A DNA stretch of 33,824 nucleotides, taken from positions 1 to 33,824 of the forward strand of contig JANMHO010000082.1 of assembly GCA_031375195.1 (NCBI GenBank), read 5' to 3'. This stretch comes from Rhodobiaceae bacterium. Lineage in GTDB: Bacteria > Pseudomonadota > Alphaproteobacteria > Rhizobiales > Aestuariivirgaceae. The notes below the pieces were generated by a model. That model was not told where the DNA came from, did not search any database, and worked only from the letters and a program-made list of their open reading frames with translations. The position numbers were made by a program, and so were the translations under genes. Below are positions 19,232 to 29,188 of the stretch, one piece after another (within the stretch, counting starts at the first letter, position 1; every line of letters starts with the position of its first letter).

Positions 19232-19589
19232 GCATCCCCAGAGCCCATTGCAGTCCCACTACGGCTCCTTTTACGACGGGCATGAGGCCAAGTGTCAAGC
19301 CAAGCGTCAGGGGCAGCCAAAGCGCTGCATGCAGCGCGTAGGGTGGATGCCACGTACGCTCCACCACGAATACTAACGGGATGATTAGGTGGCCAACGAT
19401 GAAGATGGTGAAATAGGGTGGTGCATCGTCAGCCCGCTGATGATGCAATTCCTCGCCGCAAAGATCGCAGGTGTCGGCAATTTTCATGAATTTGCGAAAG
19501 ATCGTGCCAGTGCCGCAAGCCGGGCATTTGCGACATGCGCCGCGCCAGACTGCCTGTTTCCACGATCTGATTTTGGCAGGCTTTTCCAT
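19188..19589 (-). CDS. DUF983 family membrane protein
   Basis: CPACG...CDLCGE, RADDAPPYFTIFIVGH, two TM helices, KGAVVGLQWALGMHGF. Confidence 0.88.
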   Translation of the reverse strand: MEKPAKIRSWKQAVWRGACRKCPACGTGTIFRKFMKIADTCDLCGEELHHQRADDAPPYFTIFIVGHLIIPLVFVVERTWHPPYALHAALWLPLTLGLTLGLMPVVKGAVVGLQWALGMHGFGFEHASKENRP

Positions 19590-19661
19590 CCCGCAAAAAT
19601 GCACACAAAGACTGATTTGGAGAAGGGGTTGCCGCGCCGCGCGGCGGCTTGCCGCAAGTGT

Positions 19662-21917
19662 CTATTTTTTTCGGCGGGATTTTGGCGTTTGCTTGCTCAA
19701 GCGAATAGCGCGGCTATGGCGCTGGGGTGGTGGCTTGCCCTGCCTGCCATCGGACACCATTTCAAAACGCAAGCCACCGGAAACGGGTGTGACCTCCAGA
19801 AGCTTAACTTCAACCGGGTCGCCGAGCTGGAATTTTTCTCCGCTGCGCTGGCCGATCAACGCGTGTTCCACTTCGGAATAAACAAAATAGTCCGAACCCA
19901 GGCTTGAAACGGGAACAAAGCCATCTGCGCCGCTGTCATTCAATTTGATGAATAGCCCGGCTCCCACAACGCCGCCGATGCGGCCGCGGAAGAGTGCCCC
20001 GGTTTGCCCAGCCAGATGCGAGGCAATCAAACGGTCGGTTGTCTCGCGTTCGGCTGCCATGGCGCGGCGCTCGGCATCGGAAATCATGTCCGCGGTTTCG
20101 GCAAGCCTGAAAATGTCATCAGCAGACAGGCCATCGCCGCCAAGTCCCAGGGCGCTGACCAGGGCGCGATGCACGATCAAATCCGCATAGCGGCGAATTG
20201 GCGAGGTGAAATGGGCATAGCGCCTGAGGGCCAGACCGAAGTGCCCCTTATTGTCGGGTGAATATACAGCCTGCGCCTGGGTACGAAGAACTACATCATT
20301 GACCAGGTTTTGATAATCCTTGCCTTTAACTTCACGCAGCAAGTCATTGAAATGTTTCGGCTTCAAGATCTGGCCTAAGGGCAGAGAAAGTTCCACGGTC
20401 TTCAGGAACATCGCCAATGCGCGCACTTTCTCAGCAGACGGCTGCTCGTGGACACGGTAAAGCAGTGGCGTTTTCTTCGCTTCTAGTTCTTCTGCGGCAG
20501 CGACGTTCGCCTGGATCATGAATTCTTCGATGAGCTTGTGGGCATCGAGACGACGAGGGATTACTACGCGCAGCACATGGCCTTTGTCATCAAGGACAAG
20601 CTTGCGCTCGGGAAGATCAAGTTCCAATGGTCCCCGTTTATCACGGGCCTTTGTGAGCGCCGCATAGGCGGCCCAAAGTGGTTTCAGGACGCCTTCAACA
20701 AGTGTTTCGGCCTTAACGCTCGGATTACCATCAATCGCGGCCTGAGCTTCCTCATAGGAGAGCTTTGCCGCCGACCGCATGATGACGCGGGCGAAGCGGT
20801 GGGATTTTTTGATGCCGGATTTGTCAAAAACCATGAAACAGGCGAGTGCTGGTCGATCTTCTTTTTCACGGAGCGAACACAGGTCATTCGAGATGCGCTC
20901 GGGCAGCATTGGCACGACGCGATCAGGAAAATAGACCGAATTGCCGCGAAAGCGCGCCTCTTTGTCGAGCGTGGATCCCGGCCTCACATAGGTTGCCACA
21001 TCGGCGATGGCGACGATGATTTGAAAACCGCCGGGATTGGCTGGATCACCATCAGGCGCTGCCCAAACAGCATCATCATGGTCGCGGGCATCGGGTGGGT
21101 CGATGGTAACCAGCGGAATGTTGCGAAGATCCGATCGGTTTTTGTGTTCAAATGCTTTGAGGGTTTCGCTTTCGGCGAGAACACGCTCCGAGAACTGGTT
21201 GGGAATGGCATGGTGGTGGATGGCGATCAATGAAACGTTGCGCTGGTCGTTGAGATCGCCCAGCCGCTCTCGCACGCGGGCCAGAGGCAGTCCACGGCCA
21301 TGATCCTTGAGGATTTCGGCCTCGACAAGTTCGCCGTCGACAGCACCGTTCTCATCGCCGGCGCGCACCTGCAATTCGTTGCGGGCTTTCTTGTCAACGG
21401 GTATGAGCCTGGCACCATGGCCTTTTACCAGCCGGTAGACGCCAAGCACCCGTTTGGCGCGATCCGACAAGGCGCGAATTATTCGAGCCTTGAATTTGTA
21501 ATCTTTACCGGGAGTGGGCTCGATTTTGGCCAACACCCGGTCACCCTTGGCGGGAGGTTTGATGCCGTCACGGGGCTGCACTTCAATGAGCACGACGGGT
21601 GGTTTGCCCGCGACTCGCTCGTCCCATTCGACGGGTTCGCCATAGGCTTCTCCTTGGCGGTCTATCCCTGTTACTTCAATGACGGTGACAGGCGGAAGCG
21701 TAGAGGTGTCAATGAGTTTGCGGCGGCTCTTGGCCAGCTTGCCATCCTGCTCAAGTTTTTTGAGCATCGCCTTTAGTTCTATTTTGGCAGCACCTGTCAA
21801 GCCAAATGCCCGCGCGATCTCTCGCTTGCCTACAACAGATGGCGACGTCTGGATAAATTCCAGGAGAACACGCTCGCTCGGAAGACCATTCTTTTCGGGT
21901 CTTGATTTTTTAACCAT
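19662..21917 (-). CDS. rnr: Ribonuclease R
   Basis: TIDPPDARDHDDA, IEEFMI.AN, HFTSPIRRYADL.VHR, C-terminal S1 domain. Confidence 0.97.
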   Translation of the reverse strand: MVKKSRPEKNGLPSERVLLEFIQTSPSVVGKREIARAFGLTGAAKIELKAMLKKLEQDGKLAKSRRKLIDTSTLPPVTVIEVTGIDRQGEAYGEPVEWDERVAGKPPVVLIEVQPRDGIKPPAKGDRVLAKIEPTPGKDYKFKARIIRALSDRAKRVLGVYRLVKGHGARLIPVDKKARNELQVRAGDENGAVDGELVEAEILKDHGRGLPLARVRERLGDLNDQRNVSLIAIHHHAIPNQFSERVLAESETLKAFEHKNRSDLRNIPLVTIDPPDARDHDDAVWAAPDGDPANPGGFQIIVAIADVATYVRPGSTLDKEARFRGNSVYFPDRVVPMLPERISNDLCSLREKEDRPALACFMVFDKSGIKKSHRFARVIMRSAAKLSYEEAQAAIDGNPSVKAETLVEGVLKPLWAAYAALTKARDKRGPLELDLPERKLVLDDKGHVLRVVIPRRLDAHKLIEEFMIQANVAAAEELEAKKTPLLYRVHEQPSAEKVRALAMFLKTVELSLPLGQILKPKHFNDLLREVKGKDYQNLVNDVVLRTQAQAVYSPDNKGHFGLALRRYAHFTSPIRRYADLIVHRALVSALGLGGDGLSADDIFRLAETADMISDAERRAMAAERETTDRLIASHLAGQTGALFRGRIGGVVGAGLFIKLNDSGADGFVPVSSLGSDYFVYSEVEHALIGQRSGEKFQLGDPVEVKLLEVTPVSGGLRFEMVSDGRQGKPPPQRHSRAIRLSKQTPKSRRKK

Positions 21918-21962
21918 GCGGAAGGGTTAGCTGGAAAGAACAACTTTCGAAAGGGACGTTCG

Positions 21963-24605
21963 TCAAGCCGCAGCCTTCTTGATGGGTTTCTTGACAGCCC
22001 TTTTGGCAGGAGATTTTTTTGCCGCAACCTTTTTTGCGGGCGCTTTCTTGACGGCTTTCCGCGCAGGCTTCCGTTTGCCTCCGCCCTTCATTTCGCGCTC
22101 TTCGATCAGCGCCACTGCCTCATCAAGGGTAACGGCTTCAGGTGTCTTATCCTTTGGCAGCGTGGCGTTGATTTTTCCGTGTTTGACGTAAGGGCCATAT
22201 TTGCCGCTGAAGACCTGCACATTGCCAGTGCCATCCGGATGGGCGCCGAGATCTTTCAATGCGGCCGCGCGGCCACGGGGGGTGAATCCTTTGGCTTTCT
22301 TTGCCGCCAGCATGTCAACTGCGCGGTTGATGCCAACGGTGAAAACCTCATCGGCGGATTCGAGGTTCACATAGGTGCCATCATGCAGGATGAAGGGCCC
22401 GAAGCGGCCAAAGTTCGCGACAATAGGCAATTGCGTTTCGGGATGAATGCCGATTTCGCGGGGCAGGGACAGGAACTTTAGCGCTGTTTCCAATTCGATA
22501 TCAACGGGATCGAAAGCGCGAGGAATGGAAGCGCGTTTGGGTTTTTCCTTGCTGCCTTCGGGCACTTCTCCCAATTGCAGATAGGGGCCAAAGCGGCCCA
22601 TGCGGCGGGTAACTTTTTCGCCCGTATCGGGGTGAAGACCGAGTTCGATGCCTTCTGGCGGAATGGCCGAGCCTGACTCGTTGCCTGCTGTCATCTGGCG
22701 GGTGAACTTGCACTCGGGATAATTGGTGCAGCCCACGAATGAGCCGAATTTGCCGAGTTTCAGAGATAATTGCCCATCGGCGCAGGAGGGACATTTGCGT
22801 GCGTCCCCACCATCGGCAGGTGTGGGAAAAATATGAGGGGCCAGAATTTCGTTCAGTGCATCCAGAACATTAGTGACGCGCAGTTCCTTGATCTCGGCGA
22901 CGTGGGCGGAAAAATCTTTCCAGAAATCACGCAAGACTTCGCGCCAATCGATTTCTCCATTGGAAATGCGATCAAGCTGCTCTTCCAGGTTAGCCGTAAA
23001 GTCATACTCTACGTAACGACTGAAGAAGGACTCAAGGAAGGCGGTAACGATGCGCCCCTTGTCTTCGGGAATGAAACGCTTCTTGTCGAGGCGAACGTAG
23101 CCGCGATCCCGAATTGTGGAGAGCACAGAAACGTAGGTGGACGGCCTGCCGATGCCGAGTTCTTCGAGCTTCTTGATGATGGACGCTTCGGAATACCGTG
23201 GCGGCGGTTCGGTGAAGTGTTGTTCGGCGGAAACTTTGCGAACGCCAATGCCATCACCCTTGGCCATGGCGGGCAGTCGGCGCGCGTCCTCGTCTTCTTC
23301 GTCATCCAAATCCTCATGGTAAGCCTTGAGGAAGCCGTCGAATTTTACGACGGAGCCGGTGGCACGGAAGGTGTAGTGCTTGCCATCATGGCCCGTAGCA
23401 CCGAGATCGGCGGTTGTGCGTTCAAATTCTGCGCTTTCCATTTGACTGGCAATGGTGCGGATCCAGATTAACTCATAGAGAGCATATTGTTCGGCATCGA
23501 GGGCGTTCCGAACGCTGGCCGGAAAGCGGCTGAGTTCCGTTGGCCTGATCGCTTCATGAGCTTCTTGTGCGTTCTTGGCTTTGGTTGTGTAGGTGCGGGG
23601 CGCAGAAGGCAAATAGGGTTCGCCATAGGCTTTAAGGATGGCGTTGCGGGCTGCTGCGATGCCCTCAGGTGCTATATCCACACCATCAGTTCGCATGTAG
23701 GTGATGAGGCCTACCGTATCACCATCGATATCGACGCCCTCGTAAAGGCGCTGGGCCACCTGCATGGTTTTGGCAGACGAAAAGCCCAGTTTGCGCGATG
23801 CTTCCTGTTGCAGTGTGGACGTGCGGAACGGCGCATAGGGGTGGCGCTTGGCCGGTTTGCTTTCTACGCTGTCAACCGATACGCGGGAATTCTTCAGCGT
23901 CTGCTCAATGGCGCGGGCCGAGGCTTCATCCTTGATATCAAGCTTGGCGATTTTTTGCCCGGCTATGGCTTGCAGGGAGGCAGAAAACTCCTGGCCGGCA
24001 GGCGTGGCAAAGGTGCCTTCAATGGTCCAGTATTCCTGGCGTTTGAAAGCTTCAATCTCCAGTTCGCGGTCGCAAATGATGCGCAGGGCCACCGATTGCA
24101 CCCGCCCCGCCGACCTTGATCCTGGCAATTTGCGCCAGAGAACCGGGGAAAGGGTGAAACCCACGAGATAATCCAAGGCGCGGCGGGCGAGATAGGCGTC
24201 AACCAGGGGGCCATCCACATCGCGGGGATGTTGCATGGCATCAAGCACGGATTGTTTGGTGATGGCGTTAAAAACCACGCGCTGCACTTTCACGTTTTTG
24301 AGCGCGCCTTTTTTCTTGAGAACTTCAAGCACGTGCCAGGAAATGGCTTCGCCTTCGCGGTCAGGGTCGGTTGCCAGAACAAGACGGTCATCTCCCTTGA
24401 GGGCGTCAGCAATGTCTGCGAGGCGCTTGGAAGACTTGCTATCGACCTCCCATGACATGGCAAAGTCTTCATCAGGCAAAACCGAACCATCCTTGGCCGG
24501 AAGATCACGGATATGGCCATAGGATGCCAGAACCACAAAGTCCTTGCCGAGGTATTTGTTAATGGTTCTTGCCTTCGCGGGCGATTCAACGACGACAACA
24601 GTCAT
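21963..24605 (-). CDS. topA: DNA topoisomerase I
   Basis: VVESPAKA, ATDPDREGEAI, SAGRVQS, ITYMRTD, AQEAHEAIRPT, GIGRPSTY; one C4 zinc ribbon, C-terminal repeats, Lys/Ala tail. Confidence 0.98.
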   Translation of the reverse strand: MTVVVVESPAKARTINKYLGKDFVVLASYGHIRDLPAKDGSVLPDEDFAMSWEVDSKSSKRLADIADALKGDDRLVLATDPDREGEAISWHVLEVLKKKGALKNVKVQRVVFNAITKQSVLDAMQHPRDVDGPLVDAYLARRALDYLVGFTLSPVLWRKLPGSRSAGRVQSVALRIICDRELEIEAFKRQEYWTIEGTFATPAGQEFSASLQAIAGQKIAKLDIKDEASARAIEQTLKNSRVSVDSVESKPAKRHPYAPFRTSTLQQEASRKLGFSSAKTMQVAQRLYEGVDIDGDTVGLITYMRTDGVDIAPEGIAAARNAILKAYGEPYLPSAPRTYTTKAKNAQEAHEAIRPTELSRFPASVRNALDAEQYALYELIWIRTIASQMESAEFERTTADLGATGHDGKHYTFRATGSVVKFDGFLKAYHEDLDDEEDEDARRLPAMAKGDGIGVRKVSAEQHFTEPPPRYSEASIIKKLEELGIGRPSTYVSVLSTIRDRGYVRLDKKRFIPEDKGRIVTAFLESFFSRYVEYDFTANLEEQLDRISNGEIDWREVLRDFWKDFSAHVAEIKELRVTNVLDALNEILAPHIFPTPADGGDARKCPSCADGQLSLKLGKFGSFVGCTNYPECKFTRQMTAGNESGSAIPPEGIELGLHPDTGEKVTRRMGRFGPYLQLGEVPEGSKEKPKRASIPRAFDPVDIELETALKFLSLPREIGIHPETQLPIVANFGRFGPFILHDGTYVNLESADEVFTVGINRAVDMLAAKKAKGFTPRGRAAALKDLGAHPDGTGNVQVFSGKYGPYVKHGKINATLPKDKTPEAVTLDEAVALIEEREMKGGGKRKPARKAVKKAPAKKVAAKKSPAKRAVKKPIKKAAA

Positions 24606-24811
24606 TCTGGTTCCTGACGTTCAAACGGGAGGGCCTCATATAGGCATCCTCTCTTAACTGCAAGTTCTGACCAAATATGGAACAAATCACCCAACATACC
24701 ATCTTATACAACTCAAGATTTCTTTAACTGAAGTCAAACACGTATATAGTGCATATCGTCGCTCGGAACCGAGCATTTGGCGCTATCGGCTGTAGGAAGC
24801 AGGGCATTTCT

Positions 24812-25051
24812 GTGACAAAACCTGATGCACCGAACGTAAAGAATGACGTAAAAAAGCGGGAGTTGGCTCAATACATGGCCGACATGCTGCTCGAAATGCG
24901 GAATATGGCAAGAACTGCAGGTTTTACAACGCTCACAAGCCTGTTTGAACTCAGCTTTTGCGAGGCTTTCACCATTGCAAACCGTGTCGAACTACCAGAA
25001 GGCGAGGTTGAGAGGATTACTGAGCTTTCGCGGGCCTCAAGACGGGCGTGA
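24812..25051 (+). CDS. Small hypothetical helical protein
   Basis: 79-aa amphipathic ORF (AQYMADMLLEMRNMARTAGFTTLTSLFELSFCEA) divergent from topA; start uncertain. Confidence 0.6.
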   Translation: MTKPDAPNVKNDVKKRELAQYMADMLLEMRNMARTAGFTTLTSLFELSFCEAFTIANRVELPEGEVERITELSRASRRA

Positions 25052-25550
25052 CTTCACAAATAGCGAGATATGATGGGCGCGTGAACTGGGCACGCTCGCC
25101 TGCGTCTAGGTAGAGGCTGTCTCCATCAATCGCGTGGATGAGGAGGCAGCCGCTATCACTGCCAAATTCGCCGGTCGCTTGCCTGGTTTGTAAGCGCAAT
25201 TGACCAATACCAAAATCCCGACGCACCATTAAATTGAAATCCATAACCGGGCCATCGGTGAGATGTGCCGTGACATTCGCGTCGCCTGAAAATGAGAAGG
25301 GTTGATGCGGGTGTAGTATGACAGCTTCTTGGCCAGCGATTTCCAGCTTCATGCCGTTTCCAGACAATAGCATGATGTGGCGTTCATAACCGGCGAAAGA
25401 CGAGAACGGTCCATCATCGCTTACTGCGGCAATGCTGACCCGCCAGTCGAAATTTGGAAGATCTGGTGGATGGGCATAGATTTCTGTTGTTGTGCCACGG
25501 CCATTTTTCCAGGGCATGGCACGGTATTCAACTCGCGGGATCAGGCGCAT
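25017..25550 (-). CDS. HutD/Ves family protein
   Basis: MPWKNGRGTTTEI, FDWRVSIA.V..DGPFS.F.G.ER, DFNLM; TGATG overlap with the CDF stop. Confidence 0.9.
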   Translation of the reverse strand: MRLIPRVEYRAMPWKNGRGTTTEIYAHPPDLPNFDWRVSIAAVSDDGPFSSFAGYERHIMLLSGNGMKLEIAGQEAVILHPHQPFSFSGDANVTAHLTDGPVMDFNLMVRRDFGIGQLRLQTRQATGEFGSDSGCLLIHAIDGDSLYLDAGERAQFTRPSYLAICEVTPVLRPAKAQ

Positions 25551-26938
25551 CACTTCTTGTGCCGCTTGTGGCCTACAGGTTCGGCGTGGGCAATGACCCG
25601 GCGGATTTTCGGAAACTTTGCCTGCAAACCATTTTCGATCACATCAACCACCTCGTGAACATCATCAATCGTTTCCGACGGAGCGAAACGGCAATGATAG
25701 TGGATGAACAGGCCTTGCTCGTTTTCACGGATCCTGACGTTGTGAAGGTCACTGAGGCGTGACTGTTTATTGGCCAGAGATTTGAGGAGCGCCGAAATTG
25801 CGTTTGCCGTCCTTGCTGGCGCATCGCTTCCCGCCAGATGCCGCTCCGGCTGCGGCTCAATGTGGCTTTCCACCTCGACATCGGAGCCAAGCTCCTGGCG
25901 TATGGCATCTTCCAGGCTTGTCGCGGTTTCATGCGCCTCAGACAAAGCCATGACGCCATCTACTTCCACATCAAAGCTGATGGCGAGCTGCGAATTGATC
26001 TCCTGAACAGTGAGGTGATGGATGGCAAGATTTCGGCGCGATGCGATGAGCATGACGCGCTGGAAAACAGTCTCATCATCGAGCGCTACCGGATTAACCG
26101 CAATGGTGACATCTGCTGTAGGGAACTTGGTCGAAATTGCATCAGTCAATGTCTCTTTGAGTTTAACAATATCATCGACAGGCATCGTGCGTCGAACTTC
26201 AACGACTACGCTGGTGAAGAGTGTAGGCCCAGCCGGACGCAACCGCAGTGACTTTATCTGGAGCACGCCTTGCGCCATTTCCACTATGGCGCGAACTTCG
26301 GCTGTTGCCCCGGCGGGCGCCGTATCGAGCAGGGTGGCTAAAGTTCGCTTGCCCAAACGGAGGCCGGCAAGGGCTACAAAAAATGAAACGATCAAAGCTG
26401 CCGCGGCGTCCGCGAAAGGAAAGCCCAGCCAGACAGCAATTAGGCCAAACAACACAAAAACCGAACTCCACATATCGGACGAAAAATGCAGGGCGTCGGC
26501 CTCAAGCGCTTCGCTGGATGTTTTGAGCGCAACTGCGCGCAGGGAACGCGAGCGGTTGAAATCGACCACAACTGAGCCTGCGATAATGGCCACTGCCCAC
26601 CATGTTACGTCAATGCTCTGCTCGCCAGCGACAAGCCGTTGCATGGCCTCGAGAATGATCCATCCCGTAATGAGAAAGAGTAGGCCTGTTTCGATGAGAG
26701 CTGCGACGCTCTCGGCCTTGGCATGGCCATAGTGATGTTCTTCGTCTGGTGGTTGGTCGCTCCAGCGCACCGCAAACCAGGTGACAAGCGTTGCACCCAA
26801 ATCAATCAGGCTGTGCATGGCTTCTGACAGGATGCCGAGTGAACCGGTGAACAAGCCGGCGGCAAATTTGGCAATCGTCAGCCCAAGGCTGGCCAACACG
26901 GAAATGATGACGACACGCTGCTTTTCAGACCAGGACAT
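25550..26938 (-). CDS. Cation diffusion facilitator transporter with extended C-terminal domains
   Basis: SEAMHSLID, PPDEEHHYGHAKAE, ADALHFSSD; long soluble C-terminus ending HAEP; start ATG 26938 or 26956. Confidence 0.92.
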   Translation of the reverse strand: MSWSEKQRVVIISVLASLGLTIAKFAAGLFTGSLGILSEAMHSLIDLGATLVTWFAVRWSDQPPDEEHHYGHAKAESVAALIETGLLFLITGWIILEAMQRLVAGEQSIDVTWWAVAIIAGSVVVDFNRSRSLRAVALKTSSEALEADALHFSSDMWSSVFVLFGLIAVWLGFPFADAAAALIVSFFVALAGLRLGKRTLATLLDTAPAGATAEVRAIVEMAQGVLQIKSLRLRPAGPTLFTSVVVEVRRTMPVDDIVKLKETLTDAISTKFPTADVTIAVNPVALDDETVFQRVMLIASRRNLAIHHLTVQEINSQLAISFDVEVDGVMALSEAHETATSLEDAIRQELGSDVEVESHIEPQPERHLAGSDAPARTANAISALLKSLANKQSRLSDLHNVRIRENEQGLFIHYHCRFAPSETIDDVHEVVDVIENGLQAKFPKIRRVIAHAEPVGHKRHKK

Positions 26939-27005
26939 GTCGTTTGCATAACTCATTTTGGGATGATTTGCTTTTAGAAAATGTGCCTGATAGGCATGGC
27001 CCTCT

Positions 27006-28202
27006 ATGACTGCTGAGTCGATTTCCCCCAATTTTATTTCTGGTCGCAAGGCCGGGGCCATGACTTTTGCCGCAATATTTGCGCTGGAATCACTCGTAAG
27101 GTCTTTGAACTCAACGGTGATCGCTTTGCAGGCCTATGATCTTCTGGCCAGCAGCCAGAAAGTGAGTGAGCTTTCAACTGTTGTTTCCACATCTGTGCTT
27201 TTGACGACCTTGCTTATGCCCTTCGTTCTTGGCCGCTTGCGGCGGCGCTGGGCCTACACGCTTGCCATTATGGGCATGATAGTGGCCAGTCTGTTTCTGG
27301 CCAGTTTCAGCATAGGCGGGACAATTGCTGGCATGTATTTCCGCAATTGCGCGGCAGCCATCATGAACATCACTTTGTCGCTTTATATTCTGGACAATAT
27401 CAAGCGCAGTGAGTTGGCGAAAACCGAGCCAATTCGCCTGAGCGTATCAACTTTTTCCTGGATGATTGGACCAGCCAGCGGTGTTTGGCTCTATACGCAA
27501 TATGGCGCCTGGGGCCCACAGCTTGCAAGCATCCTCGCATCCGCGGCATTGCTTGTCCTGTTCTGGATATTGCGATTGACCGATCCGGTGACGATGCCAT
27601 CCGGCACCCTGCAACCCTTCAATCCCCTTGCCAATGTCATGCGCTTCTTACGCCAGCCACGCCTGCGGCTGGCCTGGCTGATTGCATTCGGGCGATCATG
27701 TTTCTGGGCCACATTTTTTATCTATGGGCCACTGTTGGCGGTTGAAGGAGGTATCAGCAAAGAGATCAGCGGATTGATGATTTCCGGCAGCCAGGCGTTG
27801 CTGCTTTTTGCCTATGTGTTTGGTCGCCTGGCATTCCGGTTCGGTGTGCGGCCTATTATCAGCATGTGTTTTACCATGATGTTCATCGCGTCAGTTTCGG
27901 CGGGTATCGCCGGGAAGGAACAGCCATACCTGGCGATGTTTTTCCTGCTGTGCGGCGCGCTGGCGGCTTCCGGTCTTGATGGGGTTGGGGGCATTCCATT
28001 CTTGCGGGCTGTGCGAAGCCACGAGCGCCAACAGATGGCTGCGGTTTACCGCACCTATATTGATTTTTCCGAGTTGATACCTGCCATCATTTTTGCGGTT
28101 GCGTTGTCTTTTTTCGAAATTGGCATCGTCTTTGTTATTCTGGGGCTGGCTCTGGCGGCAATAGGTGTCGTCGCGTTTCGTTACCTGCCAAAGTCGCTAT
28201 GA
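27006..28202 (+). CDS. MFS transporter
   Basis: 398 aa, about 12 hydrophobic segments, motif-A-like GRLRRRW and GRLAFRFGVR. Confidence 0.85.
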   Translation: MTAESISPNFISGRKAGAMTFAAIFALESLVRSLNSTVIALQAYDLLASSQKVSELSTVVSTSVLLTTLLMPFVLGRLRRRWAYTLAIMGMIVASLFLASFSIGGTIAGMYFRNCAAAIMNITLSLYILDNIKRSELAKTEPIRLSVSTFSWMIGPASGVWLYTQYGAWGPQLASILASAALLVLFWILRLTDPVTMPSGTLQPFNPLANVMRFLRQPRLRLAWLIAFGRSCFWATFFIYGPLLAVEGGISKEISGLMISGSQALLLFAYVFGRLAFRFGVRPIISMCFTMMFIASVSAGIAGKEQPYLAMFFLLCGALAASGLDGVGGIPFLRAVRSHERQQMAAVYRTYIDFSELIPAIIFAVALSFFEIGIVFVILGLALAAIGVVAFRYLPKSL

Positions 28203-28213
28203 AAGGAATCCAT

Positions 28214-28870
28214 ATGCCCAAACTTCAACTTGTCATCGCCAACAAGAACTACTCATCTTGGTCGCTGAGGCCGTGGATGGCGCTCACGATGGCTGACATT
28301 CCGTTTGAAGTGAAAATGATCCGTTTCGGCGAGCCGCGGTTTGGGCGGGAAATTCAAAATATATCCCCGGCTGGTAAGGTTCCGGTCTTGGTGCACGGCA
28401 AGCTGGTGATATGGGATTCACTCGCTATTCTTGAATATCTGGCTGAGTCTTTCCCAGACAGGAATCTCTGGCCAAAGGCCAAAGCAGCGCGGGCAATGGC
28501 ACGCTCCGTTTCAAGCGAAATTCACAGCGGTTTTTCTGATTTGCGCAAGGCCTGCCCGATGAATCTGAGAAGACCGCCGAAACCGGTCAAGATAAGCGAT
28601 GCCGCAATTGCTGACGTGTCCCGTATCGAAGCTCTCTGGCGTCATTGCCGCAAGACTTATGGCAAAGGGGGCAAGTTTCTATTTGGAAAATTTTCGATCG
28701 CTGACGCCATGTATGCGCCGATTGTTTCACGGCTTGAGACCTACGCCATTCCAGCTGCCAGCGATACGCGCGCTTATATGGCGAATGTCATGGCGACCAA
28801 AGCTTTCCAATCCTGGAAAGCCGATGCTCTCAAGGAAAGCTGGATCGTTCCTGAGGATGAGGTGGATTGA
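28214..28870 (+). CDS. Glutathione S-transferase family protein
   Basis: NKNYSSWSLRPW, SPAGKVPVL, WDSLAILEYLAE, FSIADAMYAP; AAGGA RBS. Confidence 0.93.
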   Translation: MPKLQLVIANKNYSSWSLRPWMALTMADIPFEVKMIRFGEPRFGREIQNISPAGKVPVLVHGKLVIWDSLAILEYLAESFPDRNLWPKAKAARAMARSVSSEIHSGFSDLRKACPMNLRRPPKPVKISDAAIADVSRIEALWRHCRKTYGKGGKFLFGKFSIADAMYAPIVSRLETYAIPAASDTRAYMANVMATKAFQSWKADALKESWIVPEDEVD

Positions 28871-28878
28871 ACTTGTAT

Positions 28879-29103
28879 CTACCGAATATAGCAAACGTAG
28901 CGACGACGGGCGTAGTCGACTTTCACTCTAATGGTTCCGTTGTATTCCTTGCGGCAAAGCCTTAAAGCTTCGGCAAAAAACTTGGCTTGCTGTTCCTTGC
29001 TATAATTGGACCTTTTGTCTCGCTTGGTGGTTGCGGCATCGGCGGCATGGGATGCGAGTGCCAAAAATAGAGCTATTGCCATCAAGCCTGTTTGTATTCC
29101 CAT
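28879..29103 (-). CDS. Small secreted cationic hypothetical protein
   Basis: 23-aa signal-peptide-like N-terminus ending ADA; 51-aa mature part with two Cys; fills the GST-dprA gap. Confidence 0.7.
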   Translation of the reverse strand: MGIQTGLMAIALFLALASHAADAATTKRDKRSNYSKEQQAKFFAEALRLCRKEYNGTIRVKVDYARRRYVCYIR

Positions 29104-29188
29104 ACCGCTATCCTGCGAAAATCCGAGTTTGAGTTCCGTATTCTGTTATGGCCGGAATGCGATGGACACCCCAGTTTGTCAAAATGAA

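Noticed and set aside
24606-24700. LexA (SOS) box near topA: GTTC-N5-GTTC and GAAC-N8-CAAC
   Set aside because: Spacing does not match GTTC-N7-GTTC
26957-27061. N-terminal extension of the CDF ORF
   Set aside because: Overlaps the divergent MFS gene start; no CDF similarity
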